A stretch of 64,000 nucleotides of DNA from Fimicolochytrium jonesii (lineage: Eukaryota): positions 124,001 through 188,000 of the forward strand of contig NW_026515692.1 in the NCBI RefSeq assembly GCF_025526975.1, given 5' to 3'. How positions within the stretch are numbered: position 1 is the stretch's first letter; each line of letters opens with the position of its first letter. The notes below the pieces were generated by a model. That model made no database searches. It was not told where the DNA came from and saw only the letters and a list, made by a program, of their open reading frames with translations. Below are positions 24,647 to 38,036 of this stretch, one piece after another. Made by a program: the position numbers and the translations under genes.

Positions 24647-27600
24647 GTGGGGATGTACCAGCGGCTTGTTGGTAGTGTGCATGTCATGGCAGATGCTAAC
24701 AAAATACCATGCCCCCTCCGAGCATGTCGGACCCTCCTGAAGAGAAGGTACCCATCCAGCGTTTACCGTCACATTCGATCTTGCGCCCAGCGAAGTGGGC
24801 TGGGGCTAGCACACGGACCTGTTGACATCACATGCCCACTGTGTTTTCAACGAGCCGTGCATGTCAGCTACGATGCGTTTGCACGTACGCATTACAGAGG
24901 CCATATTGTGGAACAACCGGCCCCGGTGATTCCGGGAGGGAGCGGTGCATTGGGGAATGGTGGATTGGAGAATGGTGGGGTTTTGGGAAACGGAGATCGC
25001 CAACTACAATTCGAAAACGACCACAATACCACGAGACGAGGAATGCGATGGACACCAAGCTCGAGTTCTAGCTCCTCTTCAGGCGAGCATTCAAGTTCAT
25101 CATCAAGTGACCATAGCTCAAGCAAACCAGACCCCAGCTCTGAAGACGATCCGGGAGACGAGGGCGATGAAGCTATTGAAGAGCTTGCAGCTATTTTCCA
25201 ACCTCCACCTGCTGAACCCTTCCATCTCAATGACGACCAAATTCCATTTCTACGCTTTCTTCACCACACGATCAAGGCTCGCTGGACCAGAGAGGCTTAC
25301 CATGATTATTACGAACTCAACATCACCAATATCAATATACCCAGCAACAGGAAGACTGCACTTCGTTGAGCATGGGCCCTTTTCAACCCGAGGATGTCTG
25401 TGCACGATCTCCGTATCCCAGGTTGGCCAATCATCTAATACCATCTGGAAAGGGATGTGGTTGACCAGTTTCTCACATTTCTTTACCCTTACCCATCACC
25501 CAGATAGCCCCAATATCATTCCGTAAGTACCACTGTCGAGCATCGTCGCCTGGTGGTTCCAGCATCCTCTTATCTCGAACAACCTCACCGACGTCAACGA
25601 ACAGCACACAATGCCGATGTTGGAGGCTGGTGTCCTGGATATGGATTCTGCGGACATTGCCAGCTGGTATCCCGACCGCTATCCTGTTAAGGAGGCTTGC
25701 TGGACCGGATGGCAGTGGGCTACGAGCATGATTGCAACACGGCACATCTGGGAATGTCACTACGAAGCAGCTCACAGCCAGGGGATGCCCGTGAGGTTTA
25801 TCCATTTGATCCAGTTTGTGGACGGTTTCAAGATATTCAAAACCAGAATAGATAACCTCACCATCCTCGTCGTCGCACCGGGTGAGATCCAGCATGGCCA
25901 GCAAAATCGGAAAACCAGCCACGCTATGGCCCCCATGTCATTTATCGACATGAGACAGAAGGACGCAATGGGCACGGAGTTCTTCGCTCACTTGATGAAA
26001 AACGAACTCGACATCCGTGCTTGGGGCATGGAGGTATATAATGCAGCAACCGGAAAAGTAGTGTGGTGTATAGTTGTGCCATTTGCCGTGGCAGGGGACG
26101 GCCCAGGTCAGAGTTGGTAAGAGTTGCTTGTGGTTTCTCCTGTCCTCCCTACTCACCGATTCACGCAGGGAGAACGGGATACCTCGGGTTTAAGCAGTCG
26201 AGCGAACTTGTCCGCCGACCCTGTCATTCATGTGGTGTCCTCCGGGAGCACGTACTCGAGGATCGAGGACATCACGAACCACTTCCGACACCGGGATGAG
26301 TGTTCATGCACCGAGCACCGGTATGTTTCTTGCCATTCAACCCCTGATCTTCTGTCGCTGAATGCTATGTCCTCTTGACAGTTGAAATGGAAATGATGCG
26401 ACTGGACTGACGATGGATCGGTTGAGAGACGCTTGGATGGAAGTAGAACACGGCGATCATCCCGCTATCCAACACGCTGACCAGTACGGACTTGCGTTCT
26501 CAAGCCCGACCTGGCTTTTCCCGGGTCTCAGTCCGTGCTGTTTAGCTGCAATAGACCTTCAACATGCCGAGGCACAAGGGGAGATCGAAAAGCACTGGCG
26601 ACGTTTTTCCTCCCTGCTGCGTATTGAACACGGGGCGGATTTCTGGACCATCCTTGACCAGCGTTATCAGGCTACATGTCGTGCAAACAAAATCAAGCAA
26701 CCTAGGCTCAAGACGCTCAACCACTGGCTGTACGGGCAAACGCACCAGAACAAGATGATGTTTATCCTACGAAGCGTTGGGGTCCTGCAAAGATTTGTTG
26801 TCGGTCGGGACCATCTACGAGCAGAGTGGGTGGGATGGCTTGCACATCGGGCTGGCATTGAATTAGCTTGGCGACATGGAGTGGAGCAGCGATTAGTGCC
26901 CGAGCTTCGCTGACTCGCATATGATAGCAACACACTGGCGATATGGATCTACGGCCAAGAGTACTACTCCGTAAACACCCATTATGTTTGCCACACCGCA
27001 GATGAAATTTCCAGGTTCGGGTCCCCACACGAAACTAGCACATTCGGGTTTGAGTCGATGATATCGCTCTTTTCGATGAGCAGGACGATCAACACAAATT
27101 ATCGGTCTCCGGGTGCTACTGTACTTCGTCGTTTTTGGATGCAGCGCTTATGCGAGTCTGCAGTCGACCCTACTGCTGGATTGCACAAGCGGGACCAATG
27201 GAGGGACCCGAAGCCAATCCATATGCCGATTTTTGATGCGCTATTGGCGAACCTGTACGAAATCGAACCCACCATCCGCTGGAACGCAGGCCAAGTACTC
27301 TCCACGCTACAATTCAACTTTGTGCAATACGAGCTTGGGCACGTTGTGGCCTTCCTTCCTGATGGCCAAACGGGTACCAACAGCCACTATCGGAACCTCG
27401 TATTCGGCCGTTTACGAGCGTGTATCTTGCTGGACGACGAGGAAGAGCTTGTTTTCGCTGTCAACATCATGCCTACAAGCACAGATCCTCTGACGATGTT
27501 GCCCATTATCGACGGATTTCACAAGAATGAAGATGCCCGGGATGGGGGTTACGGACGACTCACGCTTGTCTATGGGGCATCATGTGTGGGAAAGGCAGAG

Positions 27601-27660
27601 GTATCACTGTTTGACGATACTCCGGACCGAAGGCTCGTTGTTCATGTGGATGGACTCTGA
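24647..27660 (+). pseudogene. EnSpm/CACTA-type transposase with N-terminal Zn-finger-like motifs, interrupted by nonsense codons
   Basis: QFVDGFKIFK, VAGDGPG..GYLGFK..PCHSC, IDLQHAEAQG, YG..NTHYVCH..ISRFGSP..FGFES. In-frame stops at 25367, 25524 and 26911. Confidence 0.82.
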
Positions 27661-27744
27661 CGTCAAAGCTGGTCAAAGCTGTCGAGTGTGGATGTCGCGT
27701 CATTTACGTAAGCAACATTATTCGTCCGACTCTTTCGTTAATTC

Positions 27745-27806
27745 ATGCGCTCAGTACACATCAGAAAGATGCGCTCAGTACATTAGAAAGATGCGCTCAG
27801 CACATC
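27745..27806 (+). repeat. About 3 copies of a 22-24-bp tandem repeat between the two CACTA genes
   Basis: ATGCGCTCAGTACA(CA)T(C/T)AGAAAG twice, then ATGCGCTCAGCACATCA. Confidence 0.85.
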
Positions 27807-27914
27807 ACCGGTCTGAAAGTTTCTCTGGTACGCCTTCTTGCTCCGTACCACTCTCCTCTCATCGTTTCATTCGAGCTTGAGCCGCAACCCGTTGGAAACT
27901 CTGCTTGCATCCAC

Positions 27915-30605
27915 TTGATTGTTCGCCATCGTTGTGTGGCAGTCATGATCGGCAGAAAGTCTCTTTTTGGAAAGTCATCGTTAACCCATCAACCTTTCCG
28001 AACACCCACACAGTTACCCTCGACCGGCGATCGACCGAGCACCCCTAGATCTACCGATGCCCGAGCATACGGATCAAATGCCACAGCAAACACATCGTCC
28101 AGGCCTTCCGGCAGCAGCCACCCGCCGCGATCTTCAACAGCGACTCCGGGAAACTCTTCGTCTTCAACCCCTCGACTCTCGCATGAGGACATTCAGCGAT
28201 ATTTGAGAGAACAACACGATCAATTCGAAGACACGTTGGCAAACTTTGTCGAATCCCTTAGCGACACAATTGGCCCTCTTGTTGTCTCTGCTGTTCAAAA
28301 TGAACTTCGTTCGCATCTGGCATCCGGCGCCATCAGCTCGCTTTCTGCGTCGTCAACACCATCTGCTCAACCCGCCTTACCCGGCAGTGCCGCCGATACA
28401 TTCCTCACGAAAGGCCCAAAGACTCTGAAGCAGATGATAAAGAATTTTCTCTCTGGCTATGTGCCAGGCTATGCCTCCCTGACAGGGGCACAGATCACCG
28501 GATATGGCGCGGGAAACACGGATGCCAAGCAGTTGCTAAGCGATCTCACAGACCCGATGCAAGAACATCCGCAGTGCGCCAAGCTCGAGGAAACATTGGT
28601 AGACTTTCTTGAGGATGAGCCACAGCTTCGATCGTACCCACTGGACACTGTCTATTCGGAAATGTTCTCAGTCGTTCGCAATCGAATCATAAATTTGAAG
28701 AGCGGTCGAGTCAAAGAAGAAGCGAAAGTGTCTACCCATGGTGAAGCCATCAAACGAGGCAAGCGAAGCATCCCAACTGACTGGGATGATCTTCAGAGGG
28801 GTAGCAAACACACACCTCCCCTCAAACCGGTCTCCGCTGATTCGCCGTTTGACGTTGATGATTCCGACGATGTGCAGGATGAAGAGGACGGCCCAAGGAG
28901 ACAAACCCATACGCCCGGCAAACCAATCGGACGAACCCCCAATTCGCACGCTGGTGAACTGACACCGCAACTGATGGCCTGTCACATCAGCATGCAACCG
29001 ATCCATATCGAACCTCGCTCCCCGTCGCCTTTACCCCGTCTCCCGACATACCAGTTGAGACAGACCTCCCGGAGCAGGACAATGTGGCCAGTGTTGGTGA
29101 TGATGACACGGGTAGGAGTTTGTAACTTTTCCTTTGGAGACGTATATGGTCTCGATCTTGGCGCTTTCTGATGTACACCATCCATCCATCTCACATGTAC
29201 AGTTCTCAACGCTTTGGCAACGGTGAATGGTACACTCCCGGCGGATGACGACACCAGTCCCACCTCCGAGATGATCCGTGCGCTCTACACCACAATCGCA
29301 GCAGAGAAAGAGCAGAGTCGCAATATCAAAAGTGTCCTGCACAAGAAGGCAAATCGCCCAACATCTGGGGGCCTGATTACAACGTTAGCTGACATGATCT
29401 TGGACCCTTCCACCATCACCGGGATGGATCGTGTATACAAGACTGGCCTGGGCATTTACGAAGAGCCCAATGCTGTTGTCGTGTATGCCGTTTCTCACGC
29501 TCTGAAGCCTAGTGGATGGCCAGCTGCGTTGGCCGGCGCGCAGAAGCTTGTTGGTCTGAAGTACATGGCTCCCGAGGAAGAAGATAATGAAGACCCCGTG
29601 TACGTTTGAGACATGAATGTGGGAACTGCTCGACACTTTTGTGAGCCTGTATCGATCATGGGGTAGTTTCACTATGTCTCGCGTCTCGGGTCAACTCTCC
29701 TGCCGACCAAGAAAGAGAAGACATCTCACACGTCGACAATGCGCAGTCTCATTGCACTGATCCTACGTGCTGGGTTGTCGTCCGATTCGGTTATGTCCTT
29801 GACCTTGGAGTTCCTTGAAGACCTGAAGCGAACCAAGTTACCAGGTATCGCGCGATGTCTATCATACACTTTGTTTTCGGACAGGAAGCTAATGCAGACG
29901 TTCTCAATTGTTAGGACTCGAGGGACCACTGAATCCGTCCAAGCCAGAGGGAAAGGCGATTAGAGGACTCCGTTTCACCTGGACCAAGGATGATGACACC
30001 ATGGACGTCATGTGGTCATTGGCCGCCTTTGCCATCAGAATCTTGCTTGCCCGTGAAGATTCCATTGACAATATGTCCTGCGCGCCAACCTGGTCGACGA
30101 CTGAACCCTTCTCCATGGAGTCATTGCTGGGCGCCCAATGGATTGAAGTATTGAGCAAAGATTTCCTGGATGTCGCTTATGGGGTCGTGTTGACAGCCGG
30201 GGACGTCAAGCTTGGACCCGTGATTCACTTCACTTTCATGCTCATTGTCGCCTGCGTTGTTTCGCCGTTGCCTGTTGCTGATATCAAAAGGAATATGGAG
30301 ACCAAGATGCATTCAATGACCCTGCTATCCGTGGGCAGAAGAAACGACTGATGGCGGCCACGAAGAATCCCAAGCCCTTCTTGGACCAGGTTTACGCTGT
30401 TCACTGCGCTGCCCCTTACCTTGTATCAGCCATCATTGGAGTTCCAGCTTGTGATCCACGCGTTCGCAACCAACTCTTGGGGGATTTGTCGGCCCTCTTC
30501 CCTCTTCCCGGAGGAGCTGTTGGCAGCCAAATGCGACGAATCCTCGAGCCCTTCAGCGTGCCCGTGAAGTCCACAATTCCATTGGATCCTGGGCATACCG
30601 CCTGA
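27915..30605 (+). pseudogene. Second (accessory, TnpA-position) gene of the CACTA element; spliced, unknown function
   Basis: Co-oriented ORFs 27915-29171, 29214-29609, 29739-29963, 29908-30351 and 30351-30605 with GT..AG sites. In-frame TGA at 29607. Lies inside the TIRs. Confidence 0.55.
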
Positions 30606-30954
30606 TTGGATCTATGAATGTAATGGACTCATGCGTGGTTTCAACGTCTGGTACGAACATCCTTTTGTCTTTCGTTTTCCAGGGCCAATGCTCATTCTTT
30701 TCATTAGCTTCGCCACCATATCCCCTTTCATCCGCTTTGCCGAAGACACCCCTCCCTCCGTAGGCAGCCTCTGCCCCAAGATTGGCTGCACATGCATGCA
30801 TACGTTGCGGATGGTGGGAAGCGTACCTGTGGCATGTCTTTATATTTAGCTAGCTGGTGGTGTTTTGAGTTGTGTATTTATATATGAATTTTTGTGCGAT
30901 TCAATTGCAAAATTTGAAGTGCACAACTGTGCTTACTACCAAGTGTGTGTGTGT

Positions 30955-31100
30955 TTACGCATGCGTACGCATACTTATGCATCGTCTATGCATAGTTTAT
31001 GCGTGCATATGCAAAAGCATTAGCATAAGTTTGTCTCATTAATGGTTTTGCAGAAAGTACGCATTATCGATGCATTATGCAAAGCGCGTGGCCGGTAGTG
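30955..31100. repeat. Right subterminal repeats and CACTA terminus
   Basis: ATGCAT-rich array ending in GCCGGTAGTG, the reverse complement of CACTACCGGC. Confidence 0.8.
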
Positions 31101-32580
31101 TATAGAGGATACAAACGGGCTTCCGACGGTGATGTTAGGCATTGAACTGTCTTCTCCCGAGAACCAAGTGACCCTAATGTTGATACGGTCGTTAATGGTC
31201 TCTCAGTCTTGAAGGTAGTCGCCAACTCTGGTCGAAGTGCTACCGGCTGGCTGCCATAGGTGCAGACGAGGAGACACCAGCAGTGGCACCCGAATCTGTA
31301 GACGCAACTGAATAACCGCCAGTCAAAGTCAGGCGAGACGCTAGCAATGTCGCCGGATACACTATCGCTAGCTGAGACTAGGCCCCTGGTGGACTTTGAT
31401 ATGCGTTCCCAAAGAAGTTCAAAAAACGGGCCCTTTTCCTTCCAGGCTCTCCTCCTCCCCTCGCTGCTTTGCTCGTGAATCCCCGTTTGACGCTTTCAAA
31501 TCACGCTCGATGTACGCCGGCGGGCTATCAGCTGACGATCCAGTGGCCTCATGATCGAAGTGCTTCCCGAGTGACGACGACGGGCGCTCGCATGCGTCGC
31601 CAGCTCCTCGAGCGTAGTACACGGCAGGGCTGGTTCGAGAGACGGGGAGTGTGTACAAGCGACCGAGGAAGAACGCGGGCATTATATGCTGCTCGCGACA
31701 ACATTGAGCATTTCCTTTGCTTGCCTTGCCACTACCAAAAGAGAATCACGAACGATCGCTCTCGCTCACGGTTCAAGTGTGGCGGCGTCACCATCGTCCC
31801 GCATTTCAAACATCTCGTCCAAGCGTAGTCTTGCTGTAGCAATGCGAACCATAGGGGGGGGGGGGGGGGGGGGGGGGATAGCTGGAGTACCATTGCGTCG
31901 ACGTCAGATATAACTTGCGCGGCGGGGAGTTTGGTTGAGGGCGTCTCCTTCTTCAGGTCTGATGCGAGAGTCCGAGTTTGACCCTTCATCATCCTTGCCA
32001 GTGTCCTCAAACTCATACGCCGCCACTCCGTCTTCCTTCGCATCTTCCACATGACCTTAAACGCTTTCCGCCATCCAAGCCGGCTCAACCGGGGCATCGC
32101 GGCTACCCTCAGGGTCCTGGATGCATGCGCCGTCAATGCTTAACTGCAAGTCCAGCACAAGCATACGTCTGGTGCAGCAGATGGTTCTTCGGCTTGTCTG
32201 TTGTTCATCCCAAGCATTGAAGTTGGTCATTTTTCGTGCCAGCGGGAGACTTTTCTGTAGTGTATTCGTGCCTGTTTCTCCGACACCTCCTTGCTGTCCC
32301 AACTTCCCAAGAAGGGGTTGGCTGGTTGGGGAGTCCTTTGTGTCCGAAAGCGAACGCGTCCTGCTGCGACCTTCGTCTTTTATGCGAGGAGGGCCGTGGG
32401 AAACTGTGGGAAAAGCAACAGCCAACAACGTCCTCCCACTCAATCTCCCCTAACGGAGTCGATCTCTCGAGAACTCAGGCCAGGTTCAGAGAGGCCGCCC
32501 AGCAGCATAGCCCGATCTCCCAACGAACACCCAGAACGACCCAAGTCATCACCACTCCAACCACCATCTCACATCCGCAC

Positions 32581-35500
32581 ATGACCACCAGCATGCTGGG
32601 ACCCACCCACCTCCCTGCCGCCTCAAACACAAATACAGCAGCGGCTACAGCTAGCAGTACGCGCAACTACGGAAGAGGTCGTGATGGGGAACCATCCACC
32701 TTAAACTCGCTCAGGCATGGGCATGGGCATGGTGACCCGACGGCGACGCCATCTTATGCTACGCACGGCTACTCGGCCACGTTGGGGGAGGTGGACGCTG
32801 GGACCACGTTGGCTGAGGAGGGGACTGCTGTGAATTTGGATACCACAAGGACGGCGAGGCCGGTGTTTGGGGAGCGACGGGACGAGGTTGGGGATGGGAA
32901 TGAGATTGGGAATGAGGGGTGAGTAAACGGATGGGCCGAGCGCTAGCGAGGGAGTTTGGTTCGCTCTGGGAGCTCCAGCGCTAGCAAGGGCGACCAGAGC
33001 GAACGCGGACTACGGCGAGCGAAGCCGGGCGCGTGCGCCGACGGCGCAATACTCTCAACCACGGCCCTTGGCGAACCTCAGCGAGCGTTGCATCTTTGCG
33101 AGCGACGCGAGCTACGCTCCGTCCACCGCAGCCCCCAATCTCCTTGTCGCGAGCGGAGCGAGCAGGGTATCATTCATCCCATTGCCCAGTCTCATCGAGT
33201 GAGCAGGACAAGCAGGACGAGCATCACCTAACAGTGCTTCTCCCACTGTCTTCACTCTCTTTGCAGAACGTTTAGATTGACTAAAGGCCTCCCACCAACC
33301 TACGCCTCCACCAAACGCCCCACCTACCCCCACGGCGGAGACAGACCAATGAAATCTCACACCGATGACGATGGGAAGAGTTCCACAATGAAGGACACTA
33401 CCCAACAACAACAAGACGGCAGCATGCGAACCGCTGCGCGTATCTCGCATACCGTTTACTTGCTGGTGGAGCATTATTTCGCGCTTGCTGGAGCTGATAA
33501 GGAGAAAAGTAGGGGTTTGCTCACAGTCATATGGATGGGGTTGCACCGAGTCTTGAGATCCTGAGCTTCGTTCTATCATTGTTAGACGGCGCAAGAGCAC
33601 AACATGTGTTCCAGTACTGCATGCGGATCTTGCGGAGGTGAGTTTCGAGTACTTTCGTGATGGCGAGACTCTTCCAGCGCCATCCTGATAGACTTTCCCA
33701 CCCAGCCACCTAGACGCCGCGATCATTCCTGACGAGACGGTGTTGGCGGAAAAGATCAAAAAACAATGTGAGTTTCGTCTCTTATTCACTTTGCTGTTTC
33801 GATGGTCCGGTTGGGGAAGATATGCTGTATCGTGCTTATCCCATTATAATGCCATGTGTTTTAATGGATAATGGATGGATAAAGTAACCCGACGCGATAC
33901 CTCCATGGAGACGGCGCTGAAGTTTAGTAGTTTGTACCAGAAACTCAAGAACAAGGTACGGATCCCCCTCCCTTATCTCCCTTCACTCTTCCCTTATGTC
34001 GCATTCCCTATCACCCATTCCCAACGTCCTGATGCGACGTTGAACTATTATAGGGCACATTGAAACACCTTTGGGCAAGCGTCTACCTCCTCCACGCCCT
34101 CAGTCAATCGGATACCCACGTCGGCGGCGGACATGGTAGTGGTCGCGGGTCGGCTGCTGCACTTCTGCGCGCGGAGGTAAGTTCATCCCCCCTCCCAACA
34201 TGCATGCCCCCGATCTCATAATTTGTATGATGATTCTCATGAATTTTATGTTGGCAGCTGGAGGAGAGCAATATGTATTCTGTGGGCCTGGAAAGGTTGC
34301 CTGATCCGCGAAAACGACGGGAGGGGTATAGTGCGCCGGATACGTATGTGCCACGGGAGGCAGCTACTAGCCCCGCTGAACAGTTCAAAGGGAAGGATGC
34401 GGCGGGTAAGTGCACAATCTCATTACCCAGCTATCTCAAAAGTGTGACGCTTATTGATGTTTTGGGTAGACCGCACGATCCACCACAGCACCGCAACCCT
34501 CGAACACCTCCTCATCCGCGACCTCGTCTACGTCTTCCAAGGCATCGACGGGATGTATATCAAACAATCGGGGGATAACATCCATATCAGCGACGACGTG
34601 AGAAAAAGAAAAAATGTGTTTCCCATCACCATCTCCCACAGGGTGTGTGATCTGATGAGTTGGGCTTTCTTTGATAGGTGAAATTGAACAAATCCCAACG
34701 CGGCATTGTGGGCAAACTCGCCGAGATGGGATGTCTGTACAAGAAAGTGGCCGAATTTGTGGAGGGGTGTAAGGAGGAGGGGGAGGGGGGGACTATGCGG
34801 CAGGTAAAATGAAAAAACCAACCTTCATTTTCGTTTTTGCTGTGTAATGTGATCTGATATTTGATTTGTTTTCAAAGGCATTGGCATCATCCCTCTCCCG
34901 CGAACTCACCTCCTACTACCGCCTCATCGCGATCTTGCAGCGGCAGATTAACCCCTCCAACACCGTCTATAATCCTGGTTCCGTCATCACCACCACCACT
35001 ACGTCGCCTGATACCTCTAAGACTATCGCATTGACATTGAAACGCCTGTATGTGTGGGTCCTGGACCCGTTAAGGCGGTTGAGGGTTATGGCTACTGTTG
35101 TGAGGAGTGCGCGAGGTAAAATCAATCATTTGAAACACTCATAACTCCTGTTGATTGCGGGAACTGAGCGAGCGACTGATCGTGTTCTCTTTTTTTTTTC
35201 GGTGTGACTTTGAAGATAAGAAAGGTGGGATGTTGCTGAGTGTCCTACATACACTCGCGCAGCATGGGGATCCGTTTGTGGAGGGGTTTGTTAGGGGGCT
35301 CATGGACGAGGTATGAAAAAATCTCACCCTTGTCCCTGCCCCAATTTTCCCGCCCCTCCCCACCCAATTAATGCTTTCCCGTGATTTTTTTAGGTAGCAA
35401 CCCCCTTCTTCACCCTCCTCCGCAAATGGGTTTACGAAGGCGACCTCACTGACCCGTACGGTGAATTCTTTGTCACGGAGCGCGGGGATGTTGGGTTGGA

Positions 35501-37660
35501 GGATTTCTGGGAGGGGAGATATGTGTTAAGGGAGGAGATGGTGCCGAATTTTGTCGGGGAGGCGGGGGTTGGGACGGTAAGTAGAGTGAGGGGCGAAGCG
35601 ACGAGGGGGAGTGGGGGGCGTATGGGGCGGGTGAGGTTCAGCGAAGCAAAGTGGACCGGGTGTGTGATTGATGCTGACTTATGATATATAATTTCTAGAT
35701 CTTTGTCCTAGGCAAAACGATCAATTTCATCCGGCACGCCTGCAAAGACACCCAGTTCGTTCTCTCCAAGAATACATGCGCCTGCCGCACCGCCACCACC
35801 ACCATCACGCAAAAATGTCCACCCACCTGCACACCCCTCTTCACCTACACCTCCCTCCTCACCCGCCTCCTCCCCACGCACATCTCCCACCTCTACGCCC
35901 AAGCCAACAAACACGCCTTGTATCTTCTCATCAATACATTCGGGCTCAAGCAGCATTTGGCGAATGTTAATGGGTACCTTTTGTTGGAGGAGGGGGATTG
36001 GGCGGGGCGGTTGGCGGAGGTGTTGGCGGGCGCGTTGGGACGCAGGGCCGGGGGGGTGGGGGTGCATGAGTTACGACAGGGGTTGGAGACGAGTTTGAGT
36101 GGGAGGCGGGTAAACGAAGATGGAAGAGTGCGGGTTGGGGTGCGGATGTTGGAGGTAGTGTACCTCATTCTGCCTCCTCTTTTCATTCAGATGGTATATG
36201 CCTGCGTGTTCTGACAGCCTGTGATGCTTCTTGTTTTTTTTGGTTAGATATCCCCAGGCGACCTAACATGGGACGTCTTCAGCATCACGTACACCGTCAC
36301 CCCACCGTTGACGACGATACTGCATAAAGCGGCGATGGAGAAGTATACGAGGCTGAGTTGTTTTCTGTGGAAGTTGAAGAGGGTTGAGGGTGCAGTTAGT
36401 GGGGATTGGAAGGCTAGGATGAGGTTGGCTGGGAGGATGCGGGGGAGGGGCGACCGGAGGGGGCCCCGTGGCGATCGAGATTCGCGGATATCTCGGACGG
36501 AACCGAGGAGTCATCGGAGTGAGCCGCGTGCGAGTGAACGGGGGTCAGTGGCTGAGCGGGGTGCGAGAGGGGAGGGGGATGTAGTAGGGAGTCATTGGGA
36601 TGATACCAAACGGGAAGACCTTGACGCGCTCCTCCATTCCTGCCTCCTGGTCTGGATGAAGATGTGTCATGTGGTCACGCAGGTTCGGTATTTTGTCTGT
36701 TTTGAGGTAATCACATCATCCATTTTGGGTACATCATCTACGAGTTGAGTTATCTGACGCACGAGGGCGGTTTTTTTTTTGGTTAGGCACTGGCGGCGAC
36801 ATGGGCGAGTTTCAACGGGTGTTTGGAAGAGGAAGGGCAGGATATCGAGGGGGTGCTGAAGCGGCATGGGGAGTATCTGGAGACGCTTTTGAGGCGGTGT
36901 TTGGTTGATGTGAGTTCCGGCGAGTGGGGGAACGTAGCGAAGCGCGGGAGGGATGGGTAACTTTTCGCTGATCGATCGTTTTTTTTTTTCCTGTAGATGG
37001 AAAGATCACCCTTGATGCAGGTTGTGGAGGCTGTGTTGGGGTACCAGGTTGCTCATGTGCGTTCAATTCATAAGCCTATCCTCCTCATATCTGCCCAAAA
37101 TCGCTCCCCCCCAACTCATCCGTCTGATTATCTTGTTATAGGAAAAACTCCACACCTACGGCGCGACCCTCGCGCGCACCTCACCCCCACGGTCCTCGCT
37201 CCTCACCTCATCGTCAACACCGGTGACATCGACTACGACACATGCGGCAGTACCGGGGGATCGGTCGTTTGATCTTGCTGTTACGACCACCTCTCCGCCC
37301 CGACGGGTCGATGGGTGGGTGATGGCCGGCGCAAGTGGGGGTCATGCGGGGTATGACGCGGGACACAGTGATGGAGCCGTCGTCGATGACTTGGACGCGA
37401 TCAAACCGGGGTTGAAGGAAGCGGAGGCGCGGTTTGAGAGTGCTGTTAGTGGGTTGAGGGATTGTCTTGTTGGGTTGACTGGTGGTGTGAGACAAGATAG
37501 AGAGGAGTATGGTGGGGATGGTGGGGACACGGCGGGGGAGAAGGGGGTGAGGTTTAAGAAGATGGATGGGGCCAGCAGGGGGAAGGTGACGAGTGGGGAT
37601 GAGGAGGCGTTTAGGGCGCTGCTTGTGCGGTTGAATTTCAATCGGGTTTTGTATGGGTGA
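32581..37660 (+). CDS. SPC98: Gamma-tubulin complex component 3 (Spc98/GCP3), many exons; start uncertain
   Basis: FQYCMRIL..DETVLAEKIKK, LIRDLVYVFQGIDG, ELTSYYRLIAIL, LTLKRLYVW, HGDPFV, WVYEGDLTDPYGEFFV, GKTINFIR, WDVFSITY, FLWKLKRVE, LLVRLNFN. Confidence 0.88.
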
Positions 37661-38036
37661 AATGGGAGGGGGAGTGGGAGAAGGAGGGGGCATGTATCAT
37701 ATGGGATGTGTTGTATGTATGTATGTGGAATGCATGATATGGACGTTCTTGGACACATTTCTGGGGGGGAGGATGAGAGGAATAATACTGTACATGCGTT
37801 GCGGAAGAGGGAACGCGGGTTCATGCGAAGGGCAACTTGAGAACACGCGCAGACAGCAACTTGGCCCCCTTCGCCCCGTCGCTCCCCTCCAACCCCCCCC
37901 ACCACAGCCGTTCGCACGAAAACCCGAAATCATCAACCACCACACAGCACATATTCCCATCCCCAATCACACAACCCCCTCGTCAAAACAAAACCACCGA
38001 CCGGTCAGCGGGAAAAAGAAAAACCAGCACCCGGCA

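Larger units (their letters stand above)
23808..31100 (+). mobile_element. CACTA/EnSpm (CMC superfamily) DNA transposon, about 7.3 kb, decayed
   Basis: Right end read inward is CACTACCGGCCACGCGCTTTGCATAAT; left end is CACCGCCTGGACACGCGCTGTCCCATAAT. ATGCAT-rich subterminal repeats at both ends; internal transposase plus a second gene. Confidence 0.8.

Noticed and set aside
27745..27806. Short direct repeats as a possible CRISPR array
   Set aside because: Units are directly tandem with no unique spacers, there are no cas genes, and the context is a eukaryotic transposon.
31101..32230. Gene interrupted by the CACTA insertion
   Set aside because: Some acidic coding-like text on the minus strand, but no frame or family can be joined across the element.
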